The notes under the pieces are model-generated. The model made no database searches, was not told the DNA's origin, and saw only the letters and a list, made by a program, of their open reading frames with translations. A stretch of DNA of 64,000 nucleotides from Nitrosopumilus sp. (lineage in GTDB: Archaea > Thermoproteota > Nitrososphaeria > Nitrososphaerales > Nitrosopumilaceae). The first letter of the stretch is position 1. The number at the start of each line of letters is the position of its first letter. This document shows, piece by piece, positions 1 through 9,485 of the stretch. The position numbers were made by a program, and so were the translations under genes. The stretch covers positions 2,080,001 through 2,144,000 of the forward strand of contig OZ243974.1 in assembly GCA_965214775.1 (NCBI GenBank). Direction: 5' to 3'.

Positions 1-133
1 AGAATCCGATGCCGATCCCCTTGATCCCCCTGAGGAGATCTTCCAGGACGGTGGTGTCTGCCATCCTGTCTGATGTGATGCAGCAGGCCAGTATGACCTG
101 CAGGCCCGAGACTGCTGCCACGTGCCATTTGAT
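1..133 (-). pseudogene. Fragment of an IS4/IS5-type DDE transposase, cut by a MITE and the window edge
   Basis: Minus frame reads IKWHVAAVSGLQVILACCITSDRMADTTVLEDLL, resembling the K-x-H...IL...T....D...L..LL segment of DDE_Tnp_1 proteins; GC-richer than flanks. Confidence 0.5.
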
Positions 134-134
134 G

Positions 135-265
135 GGGGTTGTCGCCTAATTCATCAGAATTCCTGAAAACCATTGAGATACCATGTGGATCAGGCGTACA
201 AAAAGGGCAGAAATTCAGAAAAGCGTGCAGATTGAGCCAAACAAGTGGAATTAGGCGACAACCTC
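135..265. mobile_element. MITE family A (~130 bp)
   Basis: Ends GGGGTTGTCGCCTAATT / AATTAGGCGACAACCTC; diverged reverse-complement copy at 35619-35748. Confidence 0.85.
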
Positions 266-359
266 ATTATTACGAACAAATTGTACAATATCATGTCCTC
301 CGTAAAATGAGGCGTGAACAGGAAATTTGGATGAATGTTTTGCGCCTAGAAAGTGGAGG

Positions 360-412
360 ATCTGATGTTGTACAACAAATTCATCTCATTCAGCTCAGTT
401 ACGCATAAAGTC
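360..412. mobile_element. Partial MITE family B next to the tRNA 3' end
   Basis: ACAAATTCATCTCATTCAG...TTACGCATAAAGTC-TA matches the right half of the MITE at 43981-44058; left end eroded. Confidence 0.7.
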
Positions 413-415
413 TAG

Positions 416-490
416 TGCTCCCATCGGGATTTGAACCCGAGTCACTGCCTTGAGAGGGCAGTATGCTTAACCGGACTACACTATAGGAGC
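416..490 (-). tRNA. tRNA-Glu (anticodon CTC), intronless
   Basis: Reverse complement folds as a cloverleaf: acceptor GCTCCTA/TGGGAGC, anticodon arm CTGCC-CTCTCAA-GGCAG, T arm GGTTCAAATCC. Confidence 0.96.
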
Positions 491-559
491 CTGATACAAA
501 ACAACTTTATTCTCAATTTAAAGGAAATGTTTCAACTTTGGATGAATTGGTAAACTTTT

Positions 560-1510
560 GTGAGTTGGTTACTTTATAGAAAATTCCAGCCAATGACTCG
601 TATGGATTTCTCACAAGTCATCAAGGATCAAAATCTTTCTGATTTTCCAATAGGGATGGGGGGATGCAGAACAACCGACTTTTGTTTTGATTCCTGCGCT
701 TTTGACTTGGTGGTCTTTGATGAAAAGTCAGAGCAAAGCCAATTGATAGAACACGACGGAAATTTGATTGTACTTTACCATGCGTCACTGTCTGAAAAAA
801 GTTCCAAACTCCTTCTCCAGTATGACAATCTTCAGATAATCCAGGACGATTCATGGGAATTGAGAATGCTACTGTCAAAAATCAAGGAAAGACGGCAGCA
901 ATTATTTTCTGATTTTGCAAAAAACTGTCTGATTGAGTCTCTGTTCTGCTGTCAAAAAACCAGGGATGCCGTTTGCAGCTCTGATGTTTTTGCACCATGC
1001 TGGCAAAAATGCTCCTCATATTTTCTAACTGATGCAATCTCTGCATTAAACCAGATTCGCTCCAGTCCCTCTCACATGCTTGATGCATTAAGAAGACTGG
1101 AAAAAAATCCAATCAATGATCACATTTCTGTTGGCACTCAAACTATTGGAATTGAGCGTGCCGCACCCACTCTTCTTGAACGGATGGTAAAATCCACAAT
1201 CGGTTTTTCTGATACTCTGACTGCCACGTCTTCACTCTCTGACCTGATTAGAAGAAAGCACGATTATTTTGTTTCAAATTCAATGCTTGCAGACTGTTAT
1301 TTCTATCTGGGATGTCTAAACAGAGATAATTTCATCAGGATAAAGGACAGATTGAATCAGGAGCAAGACCTGTTTCATATACTAAAGATCGCTTTTGACG
1401 TGGAGGCTGACTCAAATAACTTGCTTCTGCAATCCGAATCTGTAAAAAATTCGGCAAGTTCCATTCTGGAAATTATTTCCGGCCGGCGATCTTCTAATTC
1501 CATGTACTAA
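560..1510 (+). CDS. Hypothetical protein, possible degenerate nucleotidyltransferase fold (true start probably 593 or 602)
   Basis: 316-aa ORF; N-terminal GMGGC...DSCAFDLVVF resembles a pol-beta NTase signature. Confidence 0.75.
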   Translation: MSWLLYRKFQPMTRMDFSQVIKDQNLSDFPIGMGGCRTTDFCFDSCAFDLVVFDEKSEQSQLIEHDGNLIVLYHASLSEKSSKLLLQYDNLQIIQDDSWELRMLLSKIKERRQQLFSDFAKNCLIESLFCCQKTRDAVCSSDVFAPCWQKCSSYFLTDAISALNQIRSSPSHMLDALRRLEKNPINDHISVGTQTIGIERAAPTLLERMVKSTIGFSDTLTATSSLSDLIRRKHDYFVSNSMLADCYFYLGCLNRDNFIRIKDRLNQEQDLFHILKIAFDVEADSNNLLLQSESVKNSASSILEIISGRRSSNSMY

Positions 1511-1542
1511 CCTTTTAAAACAAGTACTGTCTGTTGTATGTT

Positions 1543-1677
1543 ATGTCAGACGCAGCATGTGGTTGTGCAGCACAAGCCGAAAACGGCACTGAATGTGACT
1601 GTGCAATGCAAAGTGAGTGTTACTGTGACTCTACATGTGATTGTAAAGCAGATCTTTGTAAAAACGCAGAACATTAA
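1543..1677 (+). CDS. Small Cys-rich metallothionein-like protein (44 aa, not in ORF track)
   Basis: MSDAACGCAAQAENGTECDCAMQSECYCDSTCDCKADLCKNAEH: 9 Cys, four CxC; TATA-like TTTTAAAA at 1513-1520; T-tract at 1691-1708. Confidence 0.8.
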   Translation: MSDAACGCAAQAENGTECDCAMQSECYCDSTCDCKADLCKNAEH

Positions 1678-1690
1678 AGAAAAAACAAAA

Positions 1691-1708
1691 CTTTTTCTTT
1701 TCTTTTTT
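1691..1708 (+). terminator. T-rich archaeal terminator between convergent small genes
   Basis: CTTTTTCTTTTCTTTTTT just after the 1677 stop; preceded by an A-tract that could serve the opposite strand. Confidence 0.55.
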
Positions 1709-1710
1709 AA

Positions 1711-1878
1711 CTATTCCTCTTCCTCTTCCATGCCCCATGACTTGACTAGTTCTTTTTGGAACTTGTCTGCCTGCTTTTCATCAAGAGCAAAACCGCAATC
1801 TTTGCATGTGGGAACCACTGTCATTCCGTCAAGTTTGAACTCGACTCCATACAGGTGAATTTTTGAGCATTCGCACAT
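1711..1878 (-). CDS. Small zinc-ribbon-like protein (55 aa, not in ORF track)
   Basis: MCECSKIHLYGVEFKLDGMTVVPTCKDCGFALDEKQADKFQKELVKSWGMEEEEE: CxC + CxxC, acidic tail. Confidence 0.75.
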   Translation of the reverse strand: MCECSKIHLYGVEFKLDGMTVVPTCKDCGFALDEKQADKFQKELVKSWGMEEEEE

Positions 1879-1978
1879 GTCTAAACCTCCTCTAAATTTT
1901 CTTCTATATTTGCCTATTTGAAAAGATCTCGTGCTTTTTCATTTTTTACATGTTTGAATAACGTTTAACTATCTGTTT

Positions 1979-3487
1979 TTGCAATTTTTTATAGATTTGA
2001 AGGGAATTTTTCTTGCTTTGTCCGTGGTTGCCACCTTGCTTCTGGGTTCTTTGATGATGCCTTTGGCATTTGCTCAATTTCAACAGGGAGGCGTAGACAA
2101 AGAAGGAAGCTGGTATTCAGGAGAAGGTCTCAAACATGGTGATTATTTCTCATACCAACTCTGTCATTTTGATTACAAAGAATGTCTAGAATTTGAAATG
2201 GATTTGTGGATTAAAGGCGATAAGCAAGTTGGAAATGAAACCAAATGGCTTGCAGAGGCCGTAGTTTATGATGGCAGAAAAGTCATTGTCGGCGAATTGG
2301 AATTAGGAAAGATTGACGCAAAGCCAACAAGAGGCAGTAAAGAATTAGACGTTTATCGTGATGCTTTCGGATCTTCTGTTGCCTGGTTGTCCGCATTTGC
2401 CGTATCCACTGATTTGTCTGGAGGAAAAGGACCAAAGGAATTTACTGCAACGTCTTGGGGCAAGATTGGAAACATTGGTGGAGAGCAAGTATCACCTCAA
2501 AAAATTGAAACTATTACGGTTCCGGCAGGAACTTGGGAGACTGTCCAAATCGGTTGGAAGACAGGAGGCGCTTCAAGCAAAGTTTGGGTTGTAGATGATT
2601 TCCCATTTCCAGTCAAGGCTGAAACCTTCATCCATGTTTCAGAAGGAATTCCCCCTATAGCGTATGAATTTACATTATTGGAATATAGAGAAAACATCAA
2701 AACAAGTCCGTTTGTGGGAATTGAATCTACAGTAGATCCATTTGAAGCACAAGGATGCGACACAAACATTGAAAAAGAGGTCACAATTAAAAAATCCACA
2801 ACCAATTTCAAATATCAACTTAACTTGTTTTACGGGCCTGAAGATCCAGTACAGCACTGTGAAATGCACTGGCTGATTAACTTCATCAACATTTATGATG
2901 ACACTGAATTTCTAAATCAGGTACAGTTTGACTTTCTGGTTGTAGATGATGATCTAAAACAGATCAGATCAATTGCCCATGAGGAAGGCGTATCGAACCT
3001 CTATTCTCCTTCCGGACAGTATCCTCTTGATATGGTAGTCAAAGAGGACCCTGGAACTGCAAACTATGTGGTGTGGGTTCATGGTTTGGCTCGTGAAGGA
3101 ATTGCTCCATCAACTCCTGCTGATTACCTGGTAATTCCTGTGACTATTTTTGAAGGCAAAGGCGGAAGTGCGTCTGATCAGTCAACCTCCGGCTCTGTGA
3201 CTCCGCCACCTTCTCCTGCAATCCCTGACTGGATCAAGACCAACGCCGGCTGGTGGGCAGACGGATCAATTGATGATGATTCCTTTGTTCAGGGCATCCA
3301 GTTCCTGATCAAGGAGGGAATCCTGGAAATTCCGCCTACTACACAGGGTTCTGGTGCCGGCTCTGATGCAATCCCTGACTGGATCAAGACCAACGCCGGC
3401 TGGTGGGCAGACGGATCAATTGATGATGATTCCTTTGTTCAGGGCATCCAGTTCCTGATCAAGGAGGGAATCATGAACATTTCCTAA
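1979..3487 (+). CDS. Secreted/cell-surface protein with two thaumarchaeal IPDWIKTNAGWW C-terminal modules
   Basis: Signal peptide ending AFA-Q; duplicated IPDWIKTNAGWWADGSIDDDSFVQGIQFLIKEGI tail. Confidence 0.9.
   Translation: MQFFIDLKGIFLALSVVATLLLGSLMMPLAFAQFQQGGVDKEGSWYSGEGLKHGDYFSYQLCHFDYKECLEFEMDLWIKGDKQVGNETKWLAEAVVYDGRKVIVGELELGKIDAKPTRGSKELDVYRDAFGSSVAWLSAFAVSTDLSGGKGPKEFTATSWGKIGNIGGEQVSPQKIETITVPAGTWETVQIGWKTGGASSKVWVVDDFPFPVKAETFIHVSEGIPPIAYEFTLLEYRENIKTSPFVGIESTVDPFEAQGCDTNIEKEVTIKKSTTNFKYQLNLFYGPEDPVQHCEMHWLINFINIYDDTEFLNQVQFDFLVVDDDLKQIRSIAHEEGVSNLYSPSGQYPLDMVVKEDPGTANYVVWVHGLAREGIAPSTPADYLVIPVTIFEGKGGSASDQSTSGSVTPPPSPAIPDWIKTNAGWWADGSIDDDSFVQGIQFLIKEGILEIPPTTQGSGAGSDAIPDWIKTNAGWWADGSIDDDSFVQGIQFLIKEGIMNIS
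3217..3472 (+). repeat. Perfect 106-bp direct repeat (3217-3322, 3367-3472)
   Basis: Nucleotide-identical copies 150 bp apart encoding the two tail modules. Confidence 0.95.
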
Positions 3488-3533
3488 AAAACGCCCTACA
3501 TTCAAATTGTCTTGATTTTAAAAAATACCGTGT

Positions 3534-3899
3534 ATGGAAATGGCCGGATTCACTCTCTATCCAAAGCGCAAGATGAAAAAGCTTCTCAAAGACGGGGAGT
3601 ATGACAAGGCCATTGAATTTGGAAAAAGTTTGGAGGAGAAGTTTGCCCAAGACCATGATTTCATGTTTATCATGGGAAGCGCATTTTTTATTGTAGATGA
3701 CGCAAAAAGGGCCCTTCCCTACTTTGAGAAGGCGTTTGAACTTGACAAAAAAGACGTCGAAACATTGACCCTGAAAACTAACGTTCATCTTGCCTTGCAA
3801 CAAAAAGAAGAGGCAATTGACTGCATAAACCGAATCTTGGAGATCCAGCCAAAAAACGATGAGGCGTTGGATCTCTTGGAGAAATTAAGCAAAGCCTAG
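3534..3899 (+). CDS. TPR-repeat protein
   Basis: TPR-like helices (ALPYFEKAFELD; AIDCINRILEIQP). Confidence 0.85.
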   Translation: MEMAGFTLYPKRKMKKLLKDGEYDKAIEFGKSLEEKFAQDHDFMFIMGSAFFIVDDAKRALPYFEKAFELDKKDVETLTLKTNVHLALQQKEEAIDCINRILEIQPKNDEALDLLEKLSKA

Positions 3900-4378
3900 G
3901 ATTCTTGCCTTCCCATCTGATATGCATTCTCCATTAGCCAGTCACAAAACTTTGTGACCTTTTCATCAAATTCTGTCCAGATGTGTAAGGAATGGGGTAA
4001 AATATCGATCTTCCACTTGTCTGTAAACACCCTGACTCCCTCCTTGTCCTCGTACATGTAGGCGTCTTCTGTTTTGACATCTCCGAGAATCTCTGCTGCC
4101 TTGTCTTTGATTAGCTGCCTGTCAATCGGAAATCTCTTTTTCTCCTGGTCAACAATCAAACTCAGGTCCCTTTTTCCATACATGTCAAACTCTTCGATCC
4201 TTCCCTCCTTTGGAAAATTTACCACCAGCTTTATGTTGTATCTTTTGCCTACCTCCTTTCCGATTTCGACAATTTTGGCATATCCCATGGCGGGATTTTT
4301 CTTTAGCATGAATCGAATCTGTGCCAAGTCACGCTTGAGCTGGCTTTGAAGATCCGTGATTAACTCAGCAAATATCAT
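3896..4378 (-). CDS. Hypothetical protein
   Basis: ORF 3896..4411 with likely start MIFAEL at 4378; globular composition. Confidence 0.75.
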   Translation of the reverse strand: MIFAELITDLQSQLKRDLAQIRFMLKKNPAMGYAKIVEIGKEVGKRYNIKLVVNFPKEGRIEEFDMYGKRDLSLIVDQEKKRFPIDRQLIKDKAAEILGDVKTEDAYMYEDKEGVRVFTDKWKIDILPHSLHIWTEFDEKVTKFCDWLMENAYQMGRQES

Positions 4379-4456
4379 GCTTTGTGTCTTGAGAATTCCC
4401 ATTATAATCATAATCCCTCAAGATTGGTTTTTTTAGAACCTGTCTGGAATTTCTGT

Positions 4457-5101
4457 ATGGCAATGCCGATGGACTTTGACGGTATGCGAACAGATGATGC
4501 CTCGGAGAGAACCGATGATCCTGCCGAATACAAGCGCACATGCATTGACTTTATTGAGGATATATCTCATGATTATGAGGCCTGGGTGGACTATTACAGG
4601 CTGCCTGAAGATGAGGATAAACGCCGTCGTGCAGGAATTCGTGCAACAATTACCAGAACCAATGAATGGATTGCAAAGGTTGCACAATCCATCAAGGCAA
4701 TTGACGTTACCATGAATGACGGAATTCAAAAGATGGCCGAATCAACTGCTGGAAAACCAATGCAAATTGGTGTCTTTGTCAATCACCAGTCAAGTTACAC
4801 CGAATCAAAGCCTGGAGTAATTGATGTCAATGTAAAGGCAAGCGGGAGGAAAGGAAGGAGGATGAAACTTGGATTCCATTTCAAGGATGACCGCTTTAGA
4901 ATTGAATCTACATGCGGTGCATACATGGACCAGACAGATCTTCCCGATGATGAGTTTGACTTGATGGATATCCATCTCAAGCTTCATGCAGAAAAAGCAC
5001 ATCGGCGAGACGTGATCTCATTTACGGTCACTGTCTTTGAAATGGAAGATCATGTGGAAGTTGACAAGCGTGGGGTCTCGACAATAATTCACATAGTGTG
5101 A
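4457..5101 (+). CDS. Hypothetical protein
   Basis: ORF 4382..5101, likely ATG start at 4457. Confidence 0.75.
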   Translation: MAMPMDFDGMRTDDASERTDDPAEYKRTCIDFIEDISHDYEAWVDYYRLPEDEDKRRRAGIRATITRTNEWIAKVAQSIKAIDVTMNDGIQKMAESTAGKPMQIGVFVNHQSSYTESKPGVIDVNVKASGRKGRRMKLGFHFKDDRFRIESTCGAYMDQTDLPDDEFDLMDIHLKLHAEKAHRRDVISFTVTVFEMEDHVEVDKRGVSTIIHIV

Positions 5102-5117
5102 CTGTCTGACAACCCCC

Positions 5118-7361
5118 TTATCTCATATATTCGATGAGCTTGCCGGTATTTTCTAACTTGACTGCGTTGACTTTCTCAAGATTCTCAAACGAATTCATTT
5201 TGAGGTATCTTTCTGATACGGTATACAACACATCGCCGATGTAAAACGTTCTGGCACTGTCCATTTTGTAATGTCTTGAATTTCCATCAGAATGAGTGAC
5301 AGTCCCTTTCAAATCAAAGCCCGACTTGCCATCAAGATCAAATACGTAGAATCCGCCCCATCTGCCGTGTTCTGTCGCAATCGTTCTGGGACTGGATGCT
5401 CCGTCAAGATTGTCTGCGTCTCCTGTAATCGGAATGGATAAAACACCTCTGGCCTTGTCAAAGAAAAACGCCTTGTGGTTGTGCAGTGCCTCTGAATGCG
5501 TTGATCTGTCGCCAATAATGACGTCGTCGGCTACAACTGGATTGCTGACATCTGCAACGTTGAACAGCGCAATTTTGACTCCCAGTTGTCGTACTGCGTT
5601 GCCTCCGACTACCTCGGTATCCCTTCCGACCCCGATGATGTGTTGCTCATCATATGGATGTAAATAGTTTGAAAATCCCGGAATCTTCAGCTCTCCGAGA
5701 ATTTCAGGCGTGTCCGTGGACAAATCTATCACAAAAAACGGGTCGATCTGCTGGAATGTTACCATGTACAGCCTGTCATCGATGAATCTGGCAGAAAAGA
5801 TGCTCTCATCAGGGGCAATCTGGTCTAATCCCCCCACAATGTCCAGATTTTCATCAAGAACGTATACTGCATTTGAGCGAACTGTTCCTTTGTGCTGGAT
5901 ATGGGTTTCAGTTGTCGTGGCAACTCTGAGCCTGTCGTCATTCTCATCCATCGAAAATTGGTTTAGCAGCGTTCCTGGAACTGAACCTTTTGCAACGTAC
6001 TTGATTTTTTCCTCATCGATTGCAATCTTATGAATGACTGTCCTTCTAACGTCTTCTTGAATTCTAGCGTCATACTCGATTAATGCCCCTTTGATTTCTT
6101 CAAAGAGGTTGTCTTTTTGGTCTCTGCTCATTTGATTGTAAGAGTTTTGCATTGCTTCAGAAATCACTGACCATTGTTGGGCAGAACTCAATGAGGGATC
6201 ATTTTGAATGGATTTGATTTCATCCTGAACATCTGTTGGCAGTAACGGAACTATCGCATCAAAGAACCTGTCTCTGGAAGAAGAGCCCTCATGAAATCCA
6301 AATGGCAGGTATTTTTGATACGTCAAATAGAAATTGTTCTCAGACACGTAAAACGTTCCGGTATCTCCCATGAGAAATGTCTCCGAGTTTATGGTGTCTC
6401 CAAAGATGTCAATTGCAGTTAGCGTGTTAAACCTCGAAAATTCCTCGCTACCCTCAAAGTAAAACGCCTCAGGCGTCATTATTGGAATTGAATCCTCCAT
6501 GATTACTGGGAATCTCGGATACTGATCGTCGACGTAGCTATCTGTAACAAAGTAAGCATAATTCCCGATCATTCTTGCATCCATAAAGTGGCCATCAATG
6601 GAATAATCCTTGAGAATTGAGGGATTTTCTCTATCGGATACGTCGATAATTAGTGCGTGGGTAACTGGATCATATGACTGTCTTGGAACAAAGTCATACT
6701 CTGGAATAACTTCCCTGTCAATTTGTCCGTTATAGAAAATTACCAGCCTGTCCTCGTTTAGGAACATGTTCTGGATGTATTGGTGTTCGACGTCTAATGC
6801 AATCTTTAGAATCAGACTTGCGTCTTCGGCCGGATACGCATCAATTATTGAAAGCGTGTTTCTTGATACAATGTAAACGTATTTTCCGTCGTTTTTTAGA
6901 TAGTCTGGCTCATCTACGCTTTCTTCTTGAATGTTTGTAGTCGAATAGTCACTGGCGCCTGCTTGCAGTCTTGGCTCTGACGCTACGGCCACTTCTGGCG
7001 TTGTAATTGCCTGCGGAACTGCATCTGGAACTGCATCTGGAAATGCAGCAGGCTGACGCTGCAATGGCATTTCTAGAGGAGACGCATTCATTCTGTCTCT
7101 CTTTTCGTAAAAATTTTCTCCAAGCAGTGCAGAGGCCTGAAGTAATTCGGCCAGTTCTTCCTGGGATGAGATTTTCTTTATTTCGTTTGTTCCTTTTAGA
7201 ATGTATGAGGCTGTCTTTTCGACATGAACATCTTTTTCTTCTGTTTGTGGCACTTGAGTGATCTGAACTGCCTCTTGCTCAAATCCTGCAGAATACATGA
7301 TTCCAGCTGTAACTATGACCGAAATGACAACTGCTATTGGGACTGTCGTTTTTGAATTCAT
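5118..7361 (-). CDS. Membrane-anchored beta-propeller domain protein (Beta_propel family)
   Basis: YSTTNIQ..VDEPDYLKNDG, LLNQFSMDE, TFQQIDPFFVIDLS, GELKIPGFSNYLHP motifs; N-terminal TM. Confidence 0.92.
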   Translation of the reverse strand: MNSKTTVPIAVVISVIVTAGIMYSAGFEQEAVQITQVPQTEEKDVHVEKTASYILKGTNEIKKISSQEELAELLQASALLGENFYEKRDRMNASPLEMPLQRQPAAFPDAVPDAVPQAITTPEVAVASEPRLQAGASDYSTTNIQEESVDEPDYLKNDGKYVYIVSRNTLSIIDAYPAEDASLILKIALDVEHQYIQNMFLNEDRLVIFYNGQIDREVIPEYDFVPRQSYDPVTHALIIDVSDRENPSILKDYSIDGHFMDARMIGNYAYFVTDSYVDDQYPRFPVIMEDSIPIMTPEAFYFEGSEEFSRFNTLTAIDIFGDTINSETFLMGDTGTFYVSENNFYLTYQKYLPFGFHEGSSSRDRFFDAIVPLLPTDVQDEIKSIQNDPSLSSAQQWSVISEAMQNSYNQMSRDQKDNLFEEIKGALIEYDARIQEDVRRTVIHKIAIDEEKIKYVAKGSVPGTLLNQFSMDENDDRLRVATTTETHIQHKGTVRSNAVYVLDENLDIVGGLDQIAPDESIFSARFIDDRLYMVTFQQIDPFFVIDLSTDTPEILGELKIPGFSNYLHPYDEQHIIGVGRDTEVVGGNAVRQLGVKIALFNVADVSNPVVADDVIIGDRSTHSEALHNHKAFFFDKARGVLSIPITGDADNLDGASSPRTIATEHGRWGGFYVFDLDGKSGFDLKGTVTHSDGNSRHYKMDSARTFYIGDVLYTVSERYLKMNSFENLEKVNAVKLENTGKLIEYMR

Positions 7362-7507
7362 TTTTTACTTCACTCCGAATGCCTTCGTCTTTGAAAGCTA
7401 TCGTTTAGTGATTGCTACTGTTATTTGGCAGCTGGGAATAAAAGGTTTGATTAAATTTCATTTTTACCAAACAGTTTACATATCCATGATTTACAGTAAC
7501 ATCTCTG

Positions 7508-8395
7508 ATGTCTGCAGACGAAAATCCCGACGAGCTAACCGAAAAAATAAAAATCCTTGCAACTGACGATGAAAAAATAAAGTCCTTTGGGGAGCTCCTC
7601 ACCAATGATTCCAGCCGTGAAATCCTTCAGTTATTGTTCAATGAAGAGTTGACTGCGACGCAAATTTCCCAAAAAACCGAGACCTCGCTTCAGCTGGTAA
7701 AGTATCACTTGAACAAACTTCAAGATCTTGGCGTCGTTAAAATTTCCAAGATTGAAAAAAACTCAAAATCCCAAGACATGAAATTCTATACTGCCTCCAA
7801 ATTCAGCATTGTCATTGTTCCCCCAAAACTCTCAGAAAAGACTAGGGAAAGCAAACTGTTGGTTCGTTCGTTCCGTCATATCTACAAAGTGGCAGGACTG
7901 GGTATTGCAACAGGAATATCTGGGCTGCTTTCTGCCTTCCAGCTAAATAAACCGCAACAAATTGCAATGGATGATTCGGGCCAATCTGCAGGCGAGCCTT
8001 CTGAAAAACAGCTCCTGTTATCTGAACCCACTACTGCAGAATCCGGCGATCTGCCTGCAGCTCCTGAACCTGTTGCAGAATCCGGCGATCTGCCTGCAGC
8101 TCCTGAACCTGTTGCAGAATCCGGCGATCTGCCTGCAGCTCCTGAACCTGTTGCAGAATCCGGCGATCTGCCTGCAGCTCCTGAACCTGTTGCAGAATCA
8201 ATCCTGGAAGCTCAACCTGCAGCAGTCCTTGATGACTCGATTCAAACGGATGAAGTTGAAAATTTTGCAAGTGAAGAGACAATACAGGCGACCTTGTCCT
8301 CAAGTTCTGATCTGTTTTTACCTTTGATAATAATCACTGCAATTTTGGGAGGACTGACAATTTTCCATCTTGTGACATATTTTAAAAAACAGTAA
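7508..8395 (+). CDS. ArsR-type winged-HTH regulator with hydrophobic segments and a repeat linker
   Basis: SSREILQLL...ATQISQK...LVKYHLNKLQDLGVV wHTH; central and C-terminal hydrophobic helices. Confidence 0.88.
   Translation: MSADENPDELTEKIKILATDDEKIKSFGELLTNDSSREILQLLFNEELTATQISQKTETSLQLVKYHLNKLQDLGVVKISKIEKNSKSQDMKFYTASKFSIVIVPPKLSEKTRESKLLVRSFRHIYKVAGLGIATGISGLLSAFQLNKPQQIAMDDSGQSAGEPSEKQLLLSEPTTAESGDLPAAPEPVAESGDLPAAPEPVAESGDLPAAPEPVAESGDLPAAPEPVAESILEAQPAAVLDDSIQTDEVENFASEETIQATLSSSSDLFLPLIIITAILGGLTIFHLVTYFKKQ
8035..8199 (+). repeat. 39-bp tandem repeat x4.2 (AESGDLPAAPEPV)
   Basis: Identical units TGCAGAATCCGGCGATCTGCCTGCAGCTCCTGAACCTGT. Confidence 0.97.
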
Positions 8396-8404
8396 CAATG
8401 GCAA

Positions 8405-8731
8405 TCATTCTTCTTCTTTTATTGTGATTTCTATTGTGACCCTCTTTTCTTTTGCCCTTTCCTCGCCGGGATATTTCAACTCTGAAATTCTTTTATTCAG
8501 TTCTTCATCTGTGATTTGTCTGGCCGTGCCAGAATATGCCTGGCCATCATACTCTATTCTGACTGCGGGATTTTTTATCGCGTTTTTGAACCAGTCTCCG
8601 TCTGGCCTGTGCCTTGAAACGTAAATCTTTCCGTTATGGATTACTGCCCTCAATTTTACGGAATGGGGCCTTCCTGAAACCCTTCCCTTTGTAGTTAGGA
8701 TTGGCCCGAAGATCTTTTCTTTGATTTTCAT
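8405..8731 (-). CDS. Deazaflavin(F420)-dependent oxidoreductase-like split-barrel protein
   Basis: LTTKGRVSGRPH...DWFKNAIKNPAV motif. Confidence 0.82.
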   Translation of the reverse strand: MKIKEKIFGPILTTKGRVSGRPHSVKLRAVIHNGKIYVSRHRPDGDWFKNAIKNPAVRIEYDGQAYSGTARQITDEELNKRISELKYPGEERAKEKRVTIEITIKEEE

Positions 8732-8818
8732 GCGCGGTTTCCTCTCTTTCTGTCAAGTAATTTAACCCCATTGATAGTAAATTCTGATATCTGCTATGAT
8801 AAGCAAATCTGATGATCT

Positions 8819-9277
8819 GTGGCCATGTCCACAAAGCTAGAAGGGATGCCCGCCAATTTGGCCACCGCTGACACATTTGCCGGAAAAAAGGTAATTGACA
8901 GAGAAGGAATTGAGTATGGCAAAGTCAAACACATCCATATCAATCAGGACACATTAGCAGTTTCTGGCGTTACAATCCATCAGGGGTTTAGAAGGGACTA
9001 CTTTCTTTCAGAAGACTATATAGACAGATTCTCTGCAAAGACATTACTTCTCAGCAGACCTCCCGTAAGAATTGGCATCCAGGTAACTGATATTGATCGC
9101 CACAAAATTGGAAAGGTAAAACGAATACACAGACATCCTGACACAAATGAAATCGAATCCATTGAAGTCCGTGACGGTCTGCTAAATTCTAAGATTCTGT
9201 CCAGATCAGAAATTTGGGGCGTCGGGGAAAAAGTCATTTTAAGAATGACTAGGGAAGAATTCAAGAACATTGAATGA
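8819..9277 (+). CDS. Tandem PRC-barrel protein
   Basis: Two GKKVIDREG..GKV / GIQVTDIDRHKIGKV repeats. Confidence 0.85.
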   Translation: MAMSTKLEGMPANLATADTFAGKKVIDREGIEYGKVKHIHINQDTLAVSGVTIHQGFRRDYFLSEDYIDRFSAKTLLLSRPPVRIGIQVTDIDRHKIGKVKRIHRHPDTNEIESIEVRDGLLNSKILSRSEIWGVGEKVILRMTREEFKNIE

Positions 9278-9485
9278 TTTCTTTTAACTTCTTTTTTTTC
9301 AAATAGCCCTTACTCTGGTTTTTTAGCACACACTTCACATACTGGGATTCCCTCTACTACTGAAATTTCGATATTTGAAGAGTGGCATTTCTGACAAAGT
9401 CCTTTCATCGGGAAAATTTTCATTCCAGCCCTTAAATTTTTTATGCGGATCGACTGAAGCAACAACAATAACTAGCAATTTATAA

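Noticed and set aside
139-408. 89-aa ORF
   Set aside because: Runs through two MITEs; spurious
416-490. tRNA-Glu as attachment site of an integrated element
   Set aside because: No duplicate tRNA end or integrase in the window; cannot be excluded beyond the left edge
1538-1858. 106-aa ORF
   Set aside because: Overlaps two better small genes and crosses a terminator-like T-tract
8035-8199. 39-bp repeats as a CRISPR array
   Set aside because: No spacers; in-frame coding tandem repeat
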